64,000 bases of DNA, taken from IMG/VR virus record IMGVR_UViG_3300032053_000039, positions 13,436-77,435 of that record, one strand, 5' to 3'. The notes beneath the pieces were generated by a model. That model was not told the DNA's origin. It worked only from the letters and a program-made list of their open reading frames with translations, and did not search any database. How positions within the stretch are numbered: the stretch's first letter is position 1; each line of letters begins with the position of its first letter. The stretch comes from a virus. Shown in pieces: positions 9,902-18,400 of this stretch. Made by a program: the position numbers and the translations under genes.

Positions 9902-9934
9902 TAATAAGGGGAGAAGAAAAAACTCCCCTTATTA
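9902..9934 (-). terminator. Intrinsic terminator hairpin
   Basis: Perfect 12-bp stem TAATAAGGGGAG/CTCCCCTTATTA just after the 9958 stop, followed by GCTTTT on the minus strand. Confidence 0.7.
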
Positions 9935-9957
9935 AATTGGAGATCAAAGCGAGAAAA

Positions 9958-10119
9958 TTACTTAGTTTTTTTCTTTCTATTAGTTTGATCGTTTTTGAAT
10001 TTTTCGTCTTTTTTAGGAAGAGCTGCCTTTCCTGGTTTACTCCCTTTACCGATGTCATATTTTTTGGGAGTTTCTTTTGAACCAATGGTTTTTTCTTTGT
10101 CTGTCTTCATCTTGGGCAT
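9958..10119 (-). CDS. Small Lys-rich basic protein (53 aa; not in ORF track)
   Basis: AGGAG RBS, then MPKMKTDKEKTIGSKETPKKYDIGKGSKPGKAALPKKDEKFKNDQTNRKKKTK, then the terminator. Confidence 0.7.
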   Translation of the reverse strand: MPKMKTDKEKTIGSKETPKKYDIGKGSKPGKAALPKKDEKFKNDQTNRKKKTK

Positions 10120-10169
10120 ACAAATTCTCCTGATACGTTTATTATTTAAAATCTAAAAGATTTTATTTT

Positions 10170-11459
10170 CTAATATCCTGCTATTTCTAATGTGGTAAAA
10201 TCACCGTCAAGAAAAACAAAGTCTTTAAATGCAGGTATATAACAAAGAGATTTTTCGTACTCTTCATATGCTATAATAACAGCTATTTCACCATCAATAT
10301 CTATAAACATATTAGCATCTGGTTCCATCTTAGATGGTTTAAGTTCAAGGTAATTTATTAGGTTTTTTGGGAGTTCTATTTCATATCCCAAGTTAGTAAG
10401 GAAGACTCTTGACTTATTTTCAGTTTTCTCTAATTGAAACCCAATATATGTTTTTGGTATAGGTTGCAATATAAAAGGTTCTTGGAAGTAGAGGGAATCA
10501 TCGACTAATCCAACAGGACGAATATCTTCTACCCAATCACTATCTTGTCCCGCTGTTTTTATCCAAGGGTTATAGGAAGCATATTCGTGAATATCTCCTT
10601 CAAGCTCTTTTAATAGTTCTCTTTCTTGTATTTCTTTTTTATTATCTTTTGTTTTGTAAACAAAAGGTAGTTTATAACTTCTTACATATTTATCAAGATC
10701 TGCTTGAGATAGTGTTGACCATCTATTTATTTTAAGATCTCTTAATTTCAAAAATAACAATCTTTTGTATTGATCTTTAATTTCATTACTAGCATGCATA
10801 GGAATACCAGGAGCATTGTCAGGTATTTCAGATTCTCCTCGAGGAGCATATACTCTTAAGCTACAGCCACAGTTAGAATGACTAAGGTAGATAATAGGTT
10901 TAGGGGGGCTATATCCTTTAACCCCTGCATGCATAATAGCTTCACTAATAAGATTTTCTACAGTGGTTCTTAGACCAAGGTTAGCGGTACAAATTGGCCA
11001 TCCATTTACCTTATGACAATTATCATGTTTAAACTCAGGTCCTCGTATCCAACTAACGTCACTATACCCCACGGATTTTAAATATTCTAGTATCATAAAG
11101 GATCCATCCATATTTCCCTGCTTTTCTTCGGAAGGGAAATATTGATCGATGGCCAAAGATGGAGCGAATGTTTGTAGTACATAAAGTTCTCTTTTTTTCT
11201 TATCTGGAACTTTTTTAGGATATTCTGGTTTCTCTGGAGTTGGAGGAATAGGAGGTTCTGTTGGTGTTACTGGAGGAGATGGAGCAGTAACAGGAGCTAG
11301 AGGTTCCTCTCTTAACTCTTCGGAAGGGACAGGACGAGTAAGTATATTTGGGGTGAAAGGATTTGATTCTACATCAGGGGCAAAAAATCCTTTTGGAAAT
11401 AATTCTCCATAAGGAAATTGCATATCCTGTGGCTTTATAGGAGCAGCCTTTTTTATCAT
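10170..11459 (-). CDS. MuF/gp7-like minor head protein (putative)
   Basis: C...C...G...PP...HSNCGC resembles the MuF HPNCRC motif; Pro-rich N-terminus. Confidence 0.5.
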   Translation of the reverse strand: MIKKAAPIKPQDMQFPYGELFPKGFFAPDVESNPFTPNILTRPVPSEELREEPLAPVTAPSPPVTPTEPPIPPTPEKPEYPKKVPDKKKRELYVLQTFAPSLAIDQYFPSEEKQGNMDGSFMILEYLKSVGYSDVSWIRGPEFKHDNCHKVNGWPICTANLGLRTTVENLISEAIMHAGVKGYSPPKPIIYLSHSNCGCSLRVYAPRGESEIPDNAPGIPMHASNEIKDQYKRLLFLKLRDLKINRWSTLSQADLDKYVRSYKLPFVYKTKDNKKEIQERELLKELEGDIHEYASYNPWIKTAGQDSDWVEDIRPVGLVDDSLYFQEPFILQPIPKTYIGFQLEKTENKSRVFLTNLGYEIELPKNLINYLELKPSKMEPDANMFIDIDGEIAVIIAYEEYEKSLCYIPAFKDFVFLDGDFTTLEIAGY

Positions 11460-11462
11460 TTA

Positions 11463-12410
11463 TTAGTCCTGGCCAGAAAGTATCTTGTATACATTTATAA
11501 CATCATCAGGGCCTATTCTTATACCTTTGTATAACGCAGCAACTTCAAAGAGTATTCTAAGATATCCATATCGTTGGAGTATCTTATAAATAAGATTGCC
11601 TTTGGAATAGTTTAAAGATCCCATTAATTTTTCTAGATCACTTTTAAGACCTACCCTTGAAAATTCCATTTTCCTTAGATTGGATGCTATACCACGATCA
11701 GTAATAAGAGAGTCTATATCATCATTTACTCTATCAAGGGCTACTTGAAAATCTGTGCTTAATAGTTTAAGTTCCTCTTTATCAAGAGTTTTCATGTAGT
11801 CTTTTAAAACTAAGAAATCCACACTATCTCTTTTAGCTTTATCAATATCTATAACGATTTTATCAATATACTTCTGAGCCAGATTTTTAGCAGAATTTAG
11901 TATGTAAGACGAAGAAAGAGTTCCTTCTAGTTTCTTTGGTTCTTTTAGCCATTCATCTGTAATAAGATTATACAAACTATCATATTTTATGAGAGCAGCT
12001 CTCTCTGCTTCCTCTTCTGTAAAAAAATATGTATCTAGAGGATGAAATGTTTCTGGTATAAAAGCAGTTAAAAAAGAACTTCTTCTTCCTGCTTCTATAA
12101 GCTCATCACAAATATCTTCTCCCGTAGAATCTTGATATTTTGGATTATTCTTTTTAAATAAATCTATATTTAAAACAACTTTTACATCTAGGTCTGAATC
12201 ATCTTTATAGAAATATGTCGCTAAGGATGAACCTATGTAAAGATGAGATACAAACTCTTTATATCCTTTAATACCAAAACTAATAAAAAAACCCTCCATA
12301 GATTTATATATAAACTTTTTTATTGAAGGTTTTAATTTATTATCTTCCCATATTTCTGGGGATAATGTTTTTCTTTGGTAATCTAAAATAGATGATATCT
12401 TTTTCATCAT
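11463..12410 (-). CDS. Pol-beta-superfamily nucleotidyltransferase
   Basis: IGSSLATYFYKDDSDLDVKV (GS...DxD), third Asp in HPLDTYF, helical C-terminus with NLIYKILQRYGYL. Confidence 0.8.
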   Translation of the reverse strand: MMKKISSILDYQRKTLSPEIWEDNKLKPSIKKFIYKSMEGFFISFGIKGYKEFVSHLYIGSSLATYFYKDDSDLDVKVVLNIDLFKKNNPKYQDSTGEDICDELIEAGRRSSFLTAFIPETFHPLDTYFFTEEEAERAALIKYDSLYNLITDEWLKEPKKLEGTLSSSYILNSAKNLAQKYIDKIVIDIDKAKRDSVDFLVLKDYMKTLDKEELKLLSTDFQVALDRVNDDIDSLITDRGIASNLRKMEFSRVGLKSDLEKLMGSLNYSKGNLIYKILQRYGYLRILFEVAALYKGIRIGPDDVINVYKILSGQD

Positions 12411-12700
12411 TTGTGTTCCAGGGAGTCTACAACATCTTCATAAGAATCAATAGCGTTGCTATAAGATTGAATAGAGCTTGTAAGTCTTTGTATTCTTTGA
12501 TTTAGATGGAGGACTCGATCATTTAGAGTATTTACTTGAACGAACCAATCATCACTAGTATACATAACTTCTATAACTTTATCCCTTATTTCCTCAATAA
12601 AGAATGTTAAGTTTCTATCAGTATTAGTTTGACTTATTTGTTGAATGTGTGATAGGATATAATCACATTTTGTTCTTATATCATTTTCGAATAACTGCAT
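12407..12700 (-). CDS. hypothetical coiled-coil protein
   Basis: Overlapping start/stop with both neighbours. Confidence 0.6.
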   Translation of the reverse strand: MQLFENDIRTKCDYILSHIQQISQTNTDRNLTFFIEEIRDKVIEVMYTSDDWFVQVNTLNDRVLHLNQRIQRLTSSIQSYSNAIDSYEDVVDSLEHK

Positions 12701-13107
12701 TAGTTTATATCTCCGTAAGGGTCAAGCTCTGTATGAATCTTTGAAAAATCCTTATTACGAAGTTTGAACATACCCTCTTTAGAGACTAGTTGGGATCCAC
12801 CAGTATCCCATTTCACAAGAATGGTATCACCATCATTTTTTATACCTTTAACAATTCCCATTCTTCCTGTTGATCGAGATCTTATAAGGTCTCCTATCTT
12901 AACATCTTCTTCTTTTATGAAGTACTCGATAAGATCTTCTCTCTCTGCTTTCTTGAAGGTTCTCTTAACAAGCGGACTAGAATAGCGTATTCCGTGAATA
13001 GCAAGCCAATCTGCTATTTTTTCTACAGGCATGTTCATCTTAAGCATGCGATACAAAGTTTCAATATGATCTTGATTTCTTTCTGTTCTTACCGGTGTAG
13101 CTTTCAT
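12700..13107 (-). CDS. hypothetical protein with SH3/KOW-like C-terminal domain
   Basis: KIGDLIRSRSTGRMGIVKGI...ILVKWDTG. Confidence 0.55.
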   Translation of the reverse strand: MKATPVRTERNQDHIETLYRMLKMNMPVEKIADWLAIHGIRYSSPLVKRTFKKAEREDLIEYFIKEEDVKIGDLIRSRSTGRMGIVKGIKNDGDTILVKWDTGGSQLVSKEGMFKLRNKDFSKIHTELDPYGDIN

Positions 13108-13114
13108 AATACCT

Positions 13115-13771
13115 CTATTGTTCTATTAAAATTGGAGAGTCATGATCTCCCTTATTTATTATTATCAGCTTAAGAGCACTGCTATTAATATCTCTACCAA
13201 GATCATATCCTGCCGATTGTTGGATTTTTCCTGAACCGAAGCCACCAAAACAATATTTTATGAGTTTTCCTTCAGACAGAAATTCATATTCATACCATGA
13301 TTTTTTCTCAGGATTTTCAAATTGATAGAATCGACTATCAGAATCGTATTTTCCTATATTGTAAAATACATCTAGAGCCTGTTCCTCAAGTTTCTTTCCT
13401 GGTTCTACACCGGCATTAACAACATAGATAAAATCATTAATTTTTATAATTAAAGGAAGTTCCTCTAGGTAGTTTATAAGATAATTACTATCTTTTTCTA
13501 GCCAGTTAGGAATGTTATCTTCAGTACAAGCATCAAACTCTCTTTTTCCTTTAACCGAATAAGTATTATGACAATTGGCTAAAAAATAGAGACAATCTAA
13601 GGATTTATCATTATCAAGATCGATATTATTCCCAGTTGTTACAAGAGTATCATCCTTATTAAATCCTTGATTATATAACAAATTAACAAGAGATTCATAA
13701 TCTCCCCTAATATCTCCAACGACAAAATACCTTTTAGTATTTAGAACCGATAGGTCTAAGACAAAATCCAT
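13115..13771 (-). CDS. Calcineurin-like (PPP/ApaH-type) metallophosphoesterase homolog, catalytically degenerate
   Basis: GDIRG, GNNID, GKRE, NAG and GGF in place of GDIHG, GDxxD, GNHE, HAG and GHT. Confidence 0.75.
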   Translation of the reverse strand: MDFVLDLSVLNTKRYFVVGDIRGDYESLVNLLYNQGFNKDDTLVTTGNNIDLDNDKSLDCLYFLANCHNTYSVKGKREFDACTEDNIPNWLEKDSNYLINYLEELPLIIKINDFIYVVNAGVEPGKKLEEQALDVFYNIGKYDSDSRFYQFENPEKKSWYEYEFLSEGKLIKYCFGGFGSGKIQQSAGYDLGRDINSSALKLIIINKGDHDSPILIEQ

Positions 13772-13845
13772 TATGTACCATTCCTGATAGAAATAGCTTC
13801 TTGAAATAATAATGTTAAAAAAATTGGCAGAATTAAGCCCAAATC

Positions 13846-14112
13846 CTAAACTTTTTCATATACAATGAAAGAATTATTTCTACCCTCAAAAAAGTTACCA
13901 AGGCTCTTTTTTCGTATGGATATTATACCTGGGCCTACAGCACTTTTGAAAAAAACGTAATCCCCTTGATCATCCCCAACCGAATAATCGTATTTATAAT
14001 AATTGTCCTTACCACGAAATTTCAAAATATCTCCTTGAGTAAGCTCTTGAGAAGACTTAGAGTACTTTTTTGGGGTAAGACCAAAATTGTACGAAGATCT
14101 GATTTGGTTCAT
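13846..14112 (-). CDS. hypothetical protein
   Basis: 88-aa ORF with GAGG RBS. Confidence 0.55.
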   Translation of the reverse strand: MNQIRSSYNFGLTPKKYSKSSQELTQGDILKFRGKDNYYKYDYSVGDDQGDYVFFKSAVGPGIISIRKKSLGNFFEGRNNSFIVYEKV

Positions 14113-14152
14113 AACATACCTCTATTTTTATTTTATAATTACCCTCCGGTAA

Positions 14153-15217
14153 TTATCTTTTTTCGTAGTTACTTTCAATCCACTTAAGGTATTCTCCTGT
14201 TTTTATGTCTTCTATCCATTTTTTGTTATTTAAGTACCATTTTACCGTAAAATCCATTCCAGAATAAAAAGATGTACGCTGATTCCACCCCAGAAACTTT
14301 TTTAATTTATCACAATTAACAGCATATCGTTTATCATGCCCAGGCCTATCTTTTACATAGGTTATAAGATTTTTATAAGTATTTATCGGTACTCCGGTAA
14401 GATCTGATACAATCTCACACAAAATTTCTATTATTTCTATGTTCTTTCTTTCGTTATCTCCTCCTATATTATAGGACTCTCCTATCTCTCCTTTGGTAGC
14501 TATTGTCCAAATAGCCTCACAGTGATCTTTTACAAATAACCAATCTCGGATTTGAGTGCCATCCCCATAAACAGGAAGAGGTTTCCTTTCTAGCATATTT
14601 AATATCATAAGAGGGATAAGTTTTTCTGGAAATTGATAAGGACCATAATTATTACTGCAGTTGGATATAAGAATTGGCATATTATAGGTATGATAGTATG
14701 CTCGTACTAAATGATCTGCACTTGCTTTACTAGCAGAATAAACACTTCTAGGATCATAAGGACTTCTTTCATGAAAGTATCCGGATTCAGGTAAAGATCC
14801 AAACACCTCATCGGATGAGATATGATAAAATATAATGTCTTTATTTATCATTCTAATAGCTTCTAAAAGAGAAAATGTTCCTAAAATGTTTGTTTTTATA
14901 AAATCACTAGGACCATATATAGATCTGTCCACATGGCTTTCTGCTGAGAAATTTATTATAAGATCAATATCATAATTTTTAAATGTACTTACAAAGTCTG
15001 TATCGAGAATATCACAGATGTCTAATTTAATAAATTTGTACTTTTCTTCAACACCTAAAAGATTACTTGGATTTCCAGCATATGTTAATTTATCTATATT
15101 TAAAATATTTCCTTTGAAGCCAATATCTTCTATAAGATATCGTATGAAGTTAGATCCTATAAATCCCATTCCTCCCGTTACTGCTATGTTTTTAATATCT
15201 CGTTTAATCTCTTTCAT
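14153..15217 (-). CDS. rfbB: dTDP-glucose 4,6-dehydratase
   Basis: VTGGMGFIGSNF, DKLTYAGN, AESHVDRSI, SSDEVFG, YSASK, DRPGHDKRY. Confidence 0.95.
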   Translation of the reverse strand: MKEIKRDIKNIAVTGGMGFIGSNFIRYLIEDIGFKGNILNIDKLTYAGNPSNLLGVEEKYKFIKLDICDILDTDFVSTFKNYDIDLIINFSAESHVDRSIYGPSDFIKTNILGTFSLLEAIRMINKDIIFYHISSDEVFGSLPESGYFHERSPYDPRSVYSASKASADHLVRAYYHTYNMPILISNCSNNYGPYQFPEKLIPLMILNMLERKPLPVYGDGTQIRDWLFVKDHCEAIWTIATKGEIGESYNIGGDNERKNIEIIEILCEIVSDLTGVPINTYKNLITYVKDRPGHDKRYAVNCDKLKKFLGWNQRTSFYSGMDFTVKWYLNNKKWIEDIKTGEYLKWIESNYEKR

Positions 15218-15240
15218 ATAATTTTAATCTCTTAATATTT

Positions 15241-15468
15241 TTAATCTACTAATTCATATTCTATTTTAAATATAGCTTCATCGCATACGAACATATAACC
15301 GTATTGAGTCATAATAATATAATCACCACAATAACCCTTTATACTAATTCCTTCTACAATAAGTTCAAATTTGGAATCCATTTTCCAGAACATTACAGTA
15401 AGAGGCTTTTTAATTGCTTTTCGAGGGCTAATCTTCGACAGGTCTTTGGGTGATGCTATTGACAACAT
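15241..15468 (-). CDS. hypothetical protein (PGDYG-like)
   Basis: EG...G..GDYII.....G..F.C....F...YE pattern. Confidence 0.55.
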   Translation of the reverse strand: MLSIASPKDLSKISPRKAIKKPLTVMFWKMDSKFELIVEGISIKGYCGDYIIMTQYGYMFVCDEAIFKIEYELVD

Positions 15469-15490
15469 TTATATATCTCCATTTTTAATA

Positions 15491-18400
15491 TTATCCGCAT
15501 TTAGAATACCCACATCCAATATCTGAACATTTGAGACAACCCTCAGAAAATCTTAATTTTGATCCACAGGTAGGACAAACTTCTTGAGCATCCAATCCAT
15601 CCTCTACATATTTTTTGAGTGTTCGAGCGAGGACTTTAGCAAAATGGGTTACATCACCTTCTGCCTTATTAAGCATTATAAGAACTTCATCCAGAGGAAC
15701 TCCTGATTGTAAATGCAAAGAGATGGATCGAGCAAAAGCATCATGCTCTTTATTATAAAAGGATTTCCCTATATTGTTTATAAGAACTTCGTCATCATAT
15801 TCAAAAGAATAATGTTTTGTTCCTTGCCTTTTAATAAATCCATCTTCTATTTTCTTAGGAATACAAACATCATCAACTGCTCCAGCAAACATTTCAAATG
15901 GTTTACCTTCCATAAGACTTACAAAAACAATCCATTTATGACCTTGATACATAACTCTGTGAATCTCGCAAGGAAGGGTAGGAGGCCTTTTTGGGATAGC
16001 TCTATAGACGATACCCTCTATTTTATCTTTTTTATCAGAATCGTGAATGAGTATTCCTTCTCTACATCCATCCCGATAGACAGTAACTCCAATAATTCCC
16101 CTTTTATGAGCATCTAAAAACACACCAGCTACATCTTCCTTAGTAGCATTACTAGGTAAATTAATAGTTTTACTTGCTGATAACGAAACATTAACTGCGG
16201 TAGCTTCTAAAATGCTTAGGTGTTCCATAGGTGTTAAATCTCCTGCGGTTAAAAATACTTTCTTCATATCATCTGGTATATCTTTACATTTCTGGCATGA
16301 GCCTTTATTTTCAGAAACCTCCTTAAGTATCTTTTGTTTTATTTTATCATCAAAATTATCAATGAGATATTTTTCAAATACAGAATCTCCAATACAAACA
16401 ACATCATATTGTTTTACTCCCTCTTTTATACCAGTTTCTATTTTACGTGAATAAGATAAAGCAAAGACGGGTTCGATTCCTCCAGATACTTCGGCGATGT
16501 ATGCAATACTTCCAGTTGGTGCTATAGAAGTGCAGCAACTATTTCTAATTCCGTGTTTTTTAATATCACTTCTAAGTTCTTCTATATTAATATTTCTACA
16601 GGATTTGTGTTTAAAAAATCTTTCGTTAGCCTTTATAAAAAGATCATAGTCAAACGCTTCATAGGATCCTTCTATTTTAGATAATTCTACAGATTCTTGC
16701 ATAGACCTTAAAGTAAGATAACGAATAACCTCTTCAGTAAATTTAAAAGCTTTATCAGAGTTATATGGTATTTCTTTTTTATAGAGAGCATGAGCAAGAC
16801 CCATAACACCAAGACCAATTGGTCGTGTTTTTAATGTAACTTCTTTTATTTTTTTTATAGGAAACTTATTTTTATCAATAGTGCTATTTATAAATCGAGT
16901 TGCTTTTACTATTATTTCTTCGAATTCATCCCAATTAAATTTTTTACCTTCAACTAAAGATGATAAGTTTATAGAACCAAGGGCGCAACTTGTATATGGA
17001 ATATTGGTAAATTCTGAGCAATTCGAGCATACAACATATTCTATACACTTTTTATTTTTTTTATTTAAATACTCTCTTCCGCCTATTAAAAAATTGTGTG
17101 TTTCCTCAACAGTACCATCGTATACATCTTCTTTACCAATATATTTTATTGATATTATTTTATGATTATAAGAATCCCCAATAGCTTTTTTTAATTCAAA
17201 TTTATGTTTATAATTTTTAATATTTTTTTCTGCTAAATATATTAAATCTTTAGCAAATCTTACTTTATTTATATTATCTTTCAAATAAGAAAGAGACGGA
17301 CAAAAAATATTATTATTCCGAATAACAGTTCTTGCTCCTTTATACTCTTTACCGAAATTAAGATAAGTATTACCAAGTTTTTTATAGGCTCTAAACATCT
17401 CTAAAGTTAATTTTAATCTTCTTTTGGTATTTGGATGGTCCAAATACTTTTTTGAAAATTTAGAATTTTCAAACATAAAAGGTTTTTGTATTTCTTTAAC
17501 ACAACAATAATGAGAACAAAATGTTATTTGCCTTCTATCATAGTCTACAATGAATTCCTTTCCACAATATTCACATTTTTTATATATTATAAAATTTAAA
17601 GATTTTTTATCAAATTTAAATATTTGTTCTCCGGACACCAGATTATTATACTGTTTCAAAAGTTTATTATATGTTATAGATTCTATATATTTAACTTTAG
17701 CAAGATCACAATATTCTTTAGGATTACTATATCTATATTTATTTCCTTTATTATTGGTATTTAAGAGAGGAAGATTTAAACTCTTCCACATTTGAAGAGT
17801 AAAGAAATTGTAAAGAGTATTTTTAGAGTATTTTTTTATTAACCTAACAATTTCTTCATTTGATATATTTTTAGAATTACTGTTTTTTAAACCTTGGTTT
17901 AATTCTCTTTGTTTTCTAATCCAGGAATCTCTATCTTTAATTTTAAATACTGGATTGTTTTTACCAAGTTTATCCTTTCCATGTAATTGGTCATGAGTTT
18001 TATAATCCATTATTTGTAAATTTTCTGGTCTGTTGTCTAGAGAGTCATAATTAATATGATGAACAACTTCTCCCTCAGAAAGTAATTTACCTGAAAAATA
18101 TGCTGCAATAAGTCTATGTTCTGATTTTGTAATTCCATTGGTGGTAATAGTACAATATTCTTTTTTCTTAGAAACGGATTTACTATAATTTTTTATTATG
18201 GATTTTATACTACTTCCTTTTTTTAAATCTTTTAATGGAACCATAACACCAGAGGTAGTTAAGAATTCATGATTATTTGTGCATTTTATAATCAAGCCAC
18301 TATCAAAAGAAACTTCATAAATATCAGCGTTTTTTTGTGTGAGTCTGGGATTTAAAAATTTCTTAATTCTCAAATCTCCTTGTTTATCTAAAGTATATAC

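Noticed and set aside
9864-10085. 73-aa ORF from the track
   Set aside because: TTG start without an RBS and runs through the terminator; the 9958-10119 frame has an RBS and fits better
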